Positions 24,832 through 35,074 of a DNA stretch of 64,000 bases are shown one piece after another. Source of the DNA: Vairimorpha necatrix (lineage: Eukaryota); assembly GCA_036630325.1 (NCBI GenBank), contig CP142730.1, positions 744,001 through 808,000 of the forward strand, read 5' to 3'. Below the pieces are notes generated by a model. That model was given only the letters and a program-made list of their open reading frames with translations. It made no database searches and was not told where the DNA came from. Every line of letters begins with the position of its first letter. The stretch's first letter is position 1. A program made the position numbers and the translations under genes.

Positions 24832-25622
24832 GGGTGCCCTTAGCACAGTGGTAGAATGCAATGCTTCCATAGAGCAATGGCTGGGTTCGATTCCCAGGGG
24901 CACCAAAATTGTTTCTACTTTCTATGATGCAGTTGGAACAACTCAGATGATGAAAATGTCCACGATAATCTTTAAGTTGATTCAATGAAACTTGTGTGTG
25001 TCCAGCCACAAGGGGATTAGCATCTAGTGTAGAAACGCACCTCAAAGCCAAAAAGCAGTATCGCCCTTTGGTGACTTAATGATACATAAAAGTAACTAAT
25101 GGGTACGGCCTAGTTGGAGCCCAAGGCTGAAGCACTCTAGAGTGGGATCCTAGAGCTAACTAAGAGACTAGACGAAGTAGGGCAATAGAAGGTCTCGTGA
25201 CCCTATCCAACAAGATTCTGTAACACGGTGGTCGAAACTAGTGGGAGACTAAAAGACAACGCAGCCCAATAAAACCGCCGGGCTGGGAATGTTGTCGTGT
25301 AAGGAGCCGTGTGTGCAATACGGAGGATTGTAGGGACCTTTGAGTCAGTACGATGATGTCTCTCCTCGGTTATAGATAACCATGCCCGTAAGTATATCCG
25401 CTGTGAGGTCACTCTGGACGCGATTTGAAGTATAAATGGAAAGTGTTCTCCTGAAGCCAAAGTCCAATGGATACGGCGGATCTTGCTGCGCCGGCAAGTT
25501 GTATGGAGGGAGTTTAAGTGAGTAAGAATCTCACAGTACCAGTTGGATGAGGATCACACCCAAATTCCTCTGGTCCCTATGTAAGGCTTCTCCCTACCTC
25601 TTACTTGCAAGGAAAAAAAAAA
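24832..25622 (+). mobile_element. tRNA-derived SINE, young copy 2 (791 bp)
   Basis: Head GGTGCCC...GGGCACCA with an intact acceptor stem, A and B boxes and a perfect T-arm CTGGG-TTCGATT-CCCAG. A10 tail. 12-bp TSD TTTATTTTTAAA at 24820-24831 and 25623-25634. Confidence 0.92.
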
Positions 25623-25667
25623 TTTATTTTTAAAATGTTTATTCTTTAATAAATATTAAGTTTTTTT

Positions 25668-26760
25668 TTATTTAATGCCTTTTTTAGTGTGAAATTTGTT
25701 GATACAAACATATATGTAACTATCGAATACATTACCAACTCGTTTTGCAATCTTATTGTATTCTCTTTTTTGTTTGGCCTTTGCCGCCGTTCTACTAAAA
25801 CGTTCTATTATACCGTTTGAATAATGATGATATGCAGAAGTTACATGTAACAATCTTGTTTTTTACCAGTAAATTTATGATATGGTCACTGCAATTTTCT
25901 TTTGCTGTATCAGAAAGAAATGTCTTCACATAAAATTTTATTGTACTATTTGCACAGAACATGAATAAATTCAAACTTGTTTGTTCTAAAATACTTTTGC
26001 TGTAGCGTAATTGAAAATAAATTTATTGCAATAAATAAATGAATTTAATTAGGGTATGCTTATTGTAGTTTATATTTATAGTTTAACAAGGATGGGTTCC
26101 GCGTTGGCGTCTCCTGCTTGTAGGTGGCTTCTCGTCTCCATAGTTCTTTCCACATCGGCTTCGTCTCCTCTCCTTCGGTAGTCCAGAGAAATGCTTTCTA
26201 GCGTCTTCTTTAGCGTGATCATCTGGATGTACGCTTCTACCTTCTTAGAGATTTCAAGTCTTGTGGTATAAGATTTGTGAAACTTAGTCACTATACCGTC
26301 CCAAGAGATTACGTAGGGAATTATTTCTGTTTTAAAACCATATATTAGGCCCAGTTCGTTCGCAAGGACATCATATGTAATAAATATATATATATATATA
26401 TATGTTTTCTATTGGGGGGTATAAGAAGGGAAAAAATGTTCATTTAATACAATAAAAGTTTTCTTTTGAACTTTTAATGTCAAAAGCTTTAATATGTCTA
26501 TATCTTATTATTCTTACAAAGTCGGATTTTTTACACTTTAACATTCTCTAACAGTTTATTATGCTCATGATAATCCAATATTTCTGTCAGGTCCACTTTA
26601 ACATAAGCTTTAAAAGAACCTTTGGCTCCTCTATGAACCATTCTTCATAAGTTTAATTATGCCCTCAATGTTATCTCCCTATTAATATTGTTTATTCTAT
26701 AGATTGGTGTGATAAATTCGACGTGTGCCAATTCTGTTTGTTTCTTATTTTTAATTTTAA
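25668..26760 (-). mobile_element. Degenerate Ty3/gypsy-like integrase remnant, interrupted by a LINE fragment
   Basis: Minus-strand fragments MVHRGAK...REC (HHCC-like), FIAINYF..YATAKVF, FLSDTAKE and HVTSAYHHYSNGIIERFSRT (integrase core). Confidence 0.65.
26076..26376 (-). mobile_element. 5'-truncated RLE-type (R4/Dong-like) non-LTR retrotransposon fragment
   Basis: Open frame YDVLANELGLIYGFKTEIIPYVISWDGIVTKFHKSY...EAYIQMITLKKTLESIS resembles the C-terminal end of RLE-clade ORFs. GC-richer than its flanks. Confidence 0.75.
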
Positions 26761-27022
26761 AGCTCATACACCCGAATCCTCCCTACCCATCTAATAATTC
26801 GTGATGACTTAATTTCCCCTTTTATGTTAAGGGCTCCTGGCGCTCTTTGATCTATATAAAAGAAAATTTTTTACAAAAAACCAAAATCTACAGTGCTTTG
26901 TTTCCCATGATGAAACCTACGTTTCCTTCTAATTGATAGTATAATCTAATATGGCCTTTCTCAGTATTTTGATGCAAATGCTATCGGTCGTTCTACTCTA
27001 TCGTGATTTTGATTAAGTATTG

Positions 27023-28028
27023 AGCTAAAGTAGCCTCAGGTAACAAATTTGCATATGAGGTTCTTTGTTTTTTTGCCTTTTTGAAAATGGAGGAAAGAAT
27101 TATGACAAGAGGAAGAATCGAAACAGTAGATAATGGTTTAGCAGTAAAAAAAACAAACTCAATTGTGTACAGTCTGTAATTCTTGAATAATGTTCAATAG
27201 AAAACAAAAATTTTTTTTTGAAATGTACTTGTCAGGATTGTAAGAAGATAATATCTATAATATAGATACTTTTTTTTGTTAGTTCTAGGCATAATTATAT
27301 CATAATCTTGCGAGTATTCAATCTATGGATTCTTTTTTAATCTTGTAAGTATATTTGCCAAAATTTAGGTTGATCTAAGAATTCTATATTCTTGAAATTA
27401 AAAAAAATTTGGAGAAAAAACATTTTTGATAAATATTTATCTTTTCAGTACAATATAGGCGTATAAGATATTGTAGTAGAATTAGATGAAACTAAAATTC
27501 CAAAAAATAAGTATAACAAGGGGGAACTAGTGATACTATTTCAGTGTTTATGTATGATAGAACGTTATATCGAACGTAAAATAATACTTTTTTATATTGA
27601 AAAAAGATATTTAGATCACTTACGGCATTTTTTTAATATGTAAGCAAGCAAAGTATTATATATAGCGATATGTGGATGGATTACCATTCTTCGAATACTA
27701 TATTCAAAGCACACCACGTTGTTAACGTTAATTTCACTTTCAAGATCATCATGCTGGGGTTCATACCAATATCATAAAAGTTAATTAGTGTCCCCTCAAA
27801 AATTCTATACTTAATAGAAATAGGTCAGTAAATAATGGCAAACTTTTTTTATTCAGGTATATGCTCCAAATAACTTCCTCCACTTCACGATTTAACGCCC
27901 TATCAAATTATTTTATCTATTTATTATTTTTGTTCCTTCCTCAACATTTTCTTTCCTCGATTTTTTTTCTGAAAGGGGCAATCCCCTCCCCTATTCAGAA
28001 TTTTTTTCTACGAAGGCCGTTTGTATCG
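27023..28028 (+). mobile_element. Decayed copy of Merlin family A
   Basis: Begins AGCTAAAGTAGCCT...GCCTTTTTGAAAATGGAGGAAAGAAT (TIR plus MEERI). Collinear with 5537-6560 (VVELDETKI..NKYNKG, SDMW, GVHTN) but riddled with stops. Confidence 0.85.
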
Positions 28029-30276
28029 TATTTTAGAAAATAAACAGCTTCAAAAGTTTAAACTAAAAACCTTTTCAACCATCAAATAGTAATTTTTACG
28101 GGAATTTACATTTCTGAAAATTAAAAAAATATTCGAGCTAAATTCAATCTATATAAGAAGCTAGTTATGTTTTTGAGGTTATCACTGGATACTTTGCTCA
28201 GTTTAAAATAAGTTTTTTAATAATTTTTTATTGAAGGCTTTTTTGGCCTGTATTGGTCTTTATTTAGTTCAAACCTGTCATAGCTTTGCTTATGACTTTT
28301 CCTCTCGTAGTTCATGCCCTTCATTTAAAAATATATATCTATAAAAAATAAAATTCTAAAAAAGTTTTTATAAGAAAAAATGATTTTCCTGACATGTGTA
28401 TAATACCACAGTTTTTAAATTGCTGTTGTTGTAGTATTTGCACTTTTAATTTTTTTTTTACTCTTAAATTTTAATTAAGTCAATTATGTTCAATTTTTTT
28501 TTTGTAAACAAAGTCTAGAGACTATTGACAAATATATAGTTAGTCTAGTGATTTTTATCTTAAGAATTGTATAAAAATTATATTATCTGTTTTATATTTT
28601 TAAGATTGGTTAAATTATAGTCTTAGGCAAGATAAATTAGATAAATGTACGTAATTAGCTTGAAAAAAAATCTTTTAAGTCATTATTGCAAACAAACAAT
28701 ATGATTTATAAATTTCTAATAAATTAAAAATTACTTGTCAAACATAAACATAACGTTGTAAAATTTTAAAAATTTTATACATTTTGATTAATTTCAATAT
28801 GTATATATCCATACAAATATGTGCTTAACTAAAAAATATTTCTTCGTTTTTGTATATAAAAATCTTACATATATTTTGTTGGTATAATTTAAAAATGATA
28901 AAATTTTAGTCAATATGTTATTGAAGAAATTTTTTGACTTTTTCGAAGTTTATAAAGTTTAAACTACAAATTATTTATTAAATTTTAACGAAATTTAAAT
29001 TATCAAAATATGTTTCTATTGTAATTATGTAAAATAATATTAATTTTTAGCTTTTAACAATTAACCCAAATTTTATCCACAAAAGGTCTCTAATTTTCTA
29101 AGATAATTTTAAATTCGCTATAAATGTATTTCGGAATACAAAGCGTGCATATGATGAAATATATAGATGTGTAAAAGTGTTTGATACCCTCTTTAAAACA
29201 ATTGTTTTCAATGTTAATAATATGTATGATGAAGAAATGGATTAGGTAAATCTTTATTTTTCGCTTAGGAACGCAATGTATGATTCTTTGATGATACATA
29301 TTTTAAAGTATTAAAGGGATATAAAGCATGTAATATATATATAATTGTAATTTGTTGTTTTTTTTTTGAGAAATATATAAAATTTTACTAAAATTCCAAA
29401 AAAGCATATATATACATATATATATAATATATAGATATGTATCAAAAATGGCTAAAAATACACTATTTACATAATTGAAACTATTATTCACAAATCCCAA
29501 AGAACTTATAAATATAAAATTGTTATTTACATTTTATCTTATTGATATATAACATCAAACTATTATAATATATATTTTTCGTAAGTTATCATATGATTAT
29601 GTTCGTAGAAGATTCTTTTTTAAAAAAGACACTTTTAAATTTTTAATTTTAAGAATTTCGATAAAAATTATTGTTTCTTTATATGAAACATTATTAAACC
29701 TGTTATTAATTGTATAAAACAAATAATAGTTACGATATAAGCAACAATTAGAACAGTATATCTAACATAAATACTAAGAATATAATTATATATATTTTTT
29801 TTCTTTAGAGAGTTATATTAACTATAATATAACAATAATTTAACGTCAGAAACAAAGAACTATTAAATGCAATTTCAATTTGAAGTTGTTTAGTCCAAAA
29901 ATATCGAGTTATGTTTGTTATCTCTGCTATTTTAACGAATGCAATGTTTTGTTTAGTACAGCTTATTTTTATTCCATTATTGTATGGACGTAAATGCTTT
30001 TTCAAGTAGTCTTGCTAACGTTATAAAGCATGCATTCTGGTGTTTTGATAATTGCTCGACCTTTTACACACTCCTAGTATCTTAGTGACGATATATGGAA
30101 CAAATAATTACGGTGAAATGTAAAACGATCTTTTTTATGTAATGAAATTTAAAAATCTGTATCTTACAATCGTAAGTAAAATATGATTTTGATTGTAAAA
30201 ATTATTATATTTTTTCATAAAATAATTAATATCTTAATTTGAAACAAAAATTTTAGATTAAAACGTATTATGAAGA

Positions 30277-32589
30277 TTATTTAATTGATATTCCATTATT
30301 TTGATCTTCGTATATTTTTACTAAAACATCATGTAAATTAACTTCTACTTCCTCAAAAATATCAAATATTTCCTTTTCGCTCAATACCAACAATATTTGG
30401 TTAATATACTTTTCGTACATATGTTTTATATTCATTTCCGTCAAAAAAATATTTTCAAATGCTCCTACTAAAACGTGCAATAAATCTTGTTTACAACAAA
30501 TTCTCATTTTTTCTTTGATTTCAATTTTTATTTTTAAGCATAATTTTTCTATAATCTCTTTTTTATATTTTTTTAGAAAATTTTCATCCCAATAATTTAG
30601 CATTCCAGATAGTTCTTTCATTATTTTATCATGTCTGTATATATTTTCTATAGCTCTAATAACTCTTTCTTTCGATTCAGTAAAAAGTTCAATTTTTATT
30701 TCTTCATCATATAAATGTTCGACTTTTCTATTCAATGAATCAGTTATTACTCCATTTAACGCTTCACTAAATGTAAACATATGAATCTTATCTAATATTA
30801 TTCTTAATTTTTCTTTGGATTTCGTTTTTTCGATTTTGCTTTCTAAGATATCTTTTATTTCGTGTAAATATTTTTTATATTCTTTTTCGGCGTCCTCTTG
30901 TGAGTTTTTAGTCAACTTTTTTCTTATTGACTCAATGTTAATATCTACTTCATTTTTACTAAATCCAAAAATGCTAAGAACTGTGTCTTTTTGGGTGATG
31001 AATCGATTGAATTCCACTACATAGATATTCTTGTCTAATCCCGTGAATAATGCTGATAGCTCTAGGATACAAATCCAAATATGCTTTCTAAACTTTTTAA
31101 TGTCTTCAAAATGATGCTTTACAAAGATTTGATATATTTTTGCCAAATCTGTTATTTTCATATTATCACATAAATGAGATTTATTTGATGTGACCTCTCT
31201 TTCAAGATTTTCTTTAGTTTCAATATATTTTCCTATTTTTTTCAAAGTACCGAATATCGAATCATTATTAACATGATTTTCGTTTATGTATCTTTCAGCC
31301 TCCAAAAACAAACATATTTTCATAGTATAAGTATTCGATGAATATTCACGATATGATAAATTATTCAAAAATATTTCTATAAGTTGTATTTTTCTTTCCT
31401 CGCTAAGTTTGTCCTTGACTATGATTTTTTGTAACTCATTTTCATCTATTAATTCTTGATCTAACATAAGATGAGCAAATATTATATTTAAAGGTCTTCC
31501 ATGACTATTCAAAATTCTCTTTATGAGAAATTCTATTTTGTTTTCATTTTTTATTAATCGAAAAAACAATTCAATGTCGTTGTAATTATACCCTAAAAAG
31601 CAAACTTTTTGTATAATATCCTTAAATTCAATAAAAATTTTTTTCCCGATAATATTTTCATGTTTGGATATACTCGTTTTATGTTTTGAATAATAAAAAT
31701 AGGTTCCAAAATCATGTGTAAATCGAATTCCATTATTAATTACAGAGATATCAAAATTCATGGTAAAAAGTTCAATTCTTTTAATTCCAAAAGTTATAAA
31801 AGGCGATTGATCATATAAGTTTAATCCCTCTAAAAAGATAAACTTATACAAATCATGGAAATTTTTACTGATCATCCTATCAATATCAAGAGTATCTGAA
31901 GATTTAAATTCGAATATATCTAAAAATGTCTCTTCATTAAGTTCTTGCAAATTTATTTCGAATAAATAATACATATTTTTCATCTGAAAAGATAAATTTA
32001 AATGACATAAATCTTTTCTTTCAACTATCACAATCGGTATTGTATAATTTTTAGGATCTTCTCTAAAATACTTCAAGTCAATTCCTGTTTGGCATATTAC
32101 TCTGTCCCACATACAATAAAGATCTACGACAAAATCGTAGGTCAATTCAGGCCTGATGCTCATTTTTTTCCGCTCAACATTTTCTTCTCTTATATATTCG
32201 ATAATTTTTTTGTAAATTGGATCCATTTCACAATATTTTGGGCTATACATTAAAATCACAGAGTCTGCTAATTCTTTCTTGTATTCAAACAATAATTTTT
32301 CTTCAAATTCTTTAACAATATTTTCAATAGATTTGCCATTGCAAATAATAATTATATCTTCAAGATCTTTACTCCTATCCCATGGATAAGTTTCTATCTG
32401 TAATTTTGCATTTATTTCATTTGCGTTAAAAAAGAAGTTTAATTTAACTTTTAAATATTTTCTTTCATTATTAATGACGGAATAATCTCGTTTGTCTATT
32501 TTATTCAAAATTATACTATTTAATTTATCGTAAACTCGCGGCCAACATTGTATAAATAAAAAGAAGGTAATCACAATACTACTATTCAT
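30277..32589 (-). CDS. Lineage-specific ~770-aa protein with putative signal peptide (family X, copy 3)
   Basis: 770 aa, paralogous to 7772-10072. N-terminus MNSSIVITFFLFIQC. Confidence 0.85.
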   Translation of the reverse strand: MNSSIVITFFLFIQCWPRVYDKLNSIILNKIDKRDYSVINNERKYLKVKLNFFFNANEINAKLQIETYPWDRSKDLEDIIIICNGKSIENIVKEFEEKLLFEYKKELADSVILMYSPKYCEMDPIYKKIIEYIREENVERKKMSIRPELTYDFVVDLYCMWDRVICQTGIDLKYFREDPKNYTIPIVIVERKDLCHLNLSFQMKNMYYLFEINLQELNEETFLDIFEFKSSDTLDIDRMISKNFHDLYKFIFLEGLNLYDQSPFITFGIKRIELFTMNFDISVINNGIRFTHDFGTYFYYSKHKTSISKHENIIGKKIFIEFKDIIQKVCFLGYNYNDIELFFRLIKNENKIEFLIKRILNSHGRPLNIIFAHLMLDQELIDENELQKIIVKDKLSEERKIQLIEIFLNNLSYREYSSNTYTMKICLFLEAERYINENHVNNDSIFGTLKKIGKYIETKENLEREVTSNKSHLCDNMKITDLAKIYQIFVKHHFEDIKKFRKHIWICILELSALFTGLDKNIYVVEFNRFITQKDTVLSIFGFSKNEVDINIESIRKKLTKNSQEDAEKEYKKYLHEIKDILESKIEKTKSKEKLRIILDKIHMFTFSEALNGVITDSLNRKVEHLYDEEIKIELFTESKERVIRAIENIYRHDKIMKELSGMLNYWDENFLKKYKKEIIEKLCLKIKIEIKEKMRICCKQDLLHVLVGAFENIFLTEMNIKHMYEKYINQILLVLSEKEIFDIFEEVEVNLHDVLVKIYEDQNNGISIK

Positions 32590-35074
32590 TAAGGCTTATA
32601 AAATTTCACTATAAATAGCATTCGGATTTAATTTTCAGACTAAATGAAAAATTAAATAAATTTTGATGGTTGAATGTACTTTATGAACAATGAAGAATTA
32701 AGTTTTTAATATACGTTAAAAAACTTTGACACGTCTCAACGGTCAAATCTCAGCGTATCCAGACAATTACTCTAAAAATTGATAAACAAATTAAAAAGCA
32801 TCATTTATATATTTACCTTCAAAAATAAGATTTTACAAAAAATTCATTTAAATAATATATAGAAAACTTTTTTACCGTATTCAGTGCGTTTCAGAAAAAT
32901 TTTATACATTTTTTGCCTGAATTTTCCTACATTATTTTGGTAAGTGATAATTTTTGTAATTGTTTGTATGAATTCTTATATTCTATTTGTTTTTTGTTGT
33001 AATAACTTAGATATAATCAAAAAAAATTATAAATTTTTTTTTCAAATATTCCTTTTGATAGATGACTTAAAATGATTAATTTATGTTAAAAAATTATTAT
33101 AACGCATAATTGCTTTACTTTTTATTTTAGATCTGGTTTTAACTAAACGGTTCGATAGAATGTAAAATAAATATACTTAAATCTTTGTACTAATATATGA
33201 GTGAAATATAAACTTTTAGATATAAAAAATAAAATATTTATGAAAAGTTCGTTAATTAAATAAATGACATTTTTGACATGAATGTTCAATTTGTAACAAA
33301 TAAACGTGATAGAAATTTAGACATTTTTTCCACAATAATGAAATATACAGTTATAAAATTAATAAAATTTTCACTTACAAATTATTGCGCTCATGGATAG
33401 CATGTCACATAATTGTTAAATATGAAGTAAATTAATGCTTATAGAAAGTAAGAGAACTTTATAGTGAAGATATATAAACATAGAACATAAATATTAAGAA
33501 ACTATGTTGTAATAATAATTTTTAAGCTTGCTAAATAAAATTTAAAAAAACCTTTGCAAAAATATTTAATATTCATATGAAATGTATATAATATAATCAA
33601 TGGCCTAATATTGAATTTTTTAGATTATCACGCGCCTTTACCTATAAATATATGAGATAGGTTTGTTTATTTTGCTTGCGAACATATAGACAGTCGAAAT
33701 ATGCAAGAATTCGTTTATTTTCGATAACACACGCAGAAAAAAAAACTTTTTACTAAAACGTTGACATATTGTTTTATGTCAATAAGTTCTACATTTTTTA
33801 AGTTAAAATTATGTTATCAAATGTTGTTCACTATAAATTATTAATGTGAATTTTATATCATAAAAAAAATTATTAAATAAGTTTAATTAAACTAATTGCA
33901 GTTTGCTTTTTACAATATTGTAAATAAAGATAGAAATTTTAATCGTTTTCGGTTCTTATAATTGACGCGAATAAATTCTTGAAATAGAATTGACACTACT
34001 ATAAAAACAGGTTAAACTTCCAATATAAATAACAAGATGTATTTTTTTATATAGCCAACAAAGAAATTTTATAATAGGTTAAGGTGTCTCATTAATGCAA
34101 TCCTCAGCAAAAATTATCGATAAAACACAAAAATGCTATATCGCAGCAAATGCACGTGAGCTAATTCATGTAAGTAAAACAAAGATGTAATTATCAGTGC
34201 TTATATGGAAGACATATCCACTAAATATTGTGTAAAATATAGAGAATTGCTTACTGTTATTGGGCGAATATAAGCGTATAACCAATCGGAGATCACAATA
34301 AGAGCCTTGAAAGCATCTCTCTGAACTACGGTCAAGATTTGAAATATTAATAGAGGCACTGAAAGGGGTGTTTGACCAAGCTTATCGTTCCTCAATTATG
34401 TTTTAAACAATCCTGAAAAAAACGAAAATAATAGACTTCTAATTATTTCGTGTTCGAGATATTGTAATTTAATGATATGTGCAATTTATTAAAAATCCGC
34501 TAATCAAAAATTCTTTTTTTTTGATAATTTTCTTTTTACCATTCAAGAATAACTGTTAATTTTATAAAATTATACTATATTAATACAACTACTTCTCTTT
34601 TTTAATCATAAATATATGTAACCTCTTCTTTAAAATAAAAAATATATATATTAAAATTTACAAATAAAATTATGGTTTTTGACTATGAAAAAAACTTAGG
34701 GTTGGTTAATTTGAAATAATTTGTCAAGAAAGAAATATTTATTGGTTATAAATTGCTGTACTTAGAATTAAAAACATAAATAACCATAATTTTCTTTTTA
34801 ATTTGAGGGGTAACACTATTAAGATGTAAATACTTAAAACCATTTTTTAATTTTTTTTACTGTACCAGAAAAATAGATAGTTTAACTTCATATTTAATAT
34901 TATTTTACTAAAATACATCTCAAAAATTAATTGTTTATTTAATTTATATTACGTTTAATTAAATAACGGATATTTAATAACTATACCAAGTATTTTCATC
35001 TGTTCTGTTAGCTCGAATGGCTTAAAAATAAAATATATAATTTTTATTTTTTATTACTATTTTTATTTACCGTT

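Noticed and set aside
24833-24905. Functional tRNA gene (also 16599-16671)
   Set aside because: The D-stem and anticodon arm are non-canonical, copy 1 has a broken acceptor stem, and both are heads of TSD-flanked poly(A) elements.
15881-25622. Giant composite transposon with ~790-bp TIRs
   Set aside because: Each repeat has its own TSD and A-tail, so they are independent retro-insertions.
24832-25622. Hammerhead ribozyme in the SINE body
   Set aside because: No CTGAnGA...GAAA core with the required stems was found by eye. Other ribozyme classes were not excluded.
29090-30005. Short ORFs in very AT-rich DNA (also 34201, 53900, 56034)
   Set aside because: Low-complexity I/Y/F-rich translations with no recognisable motifs; likely chance ORFs.
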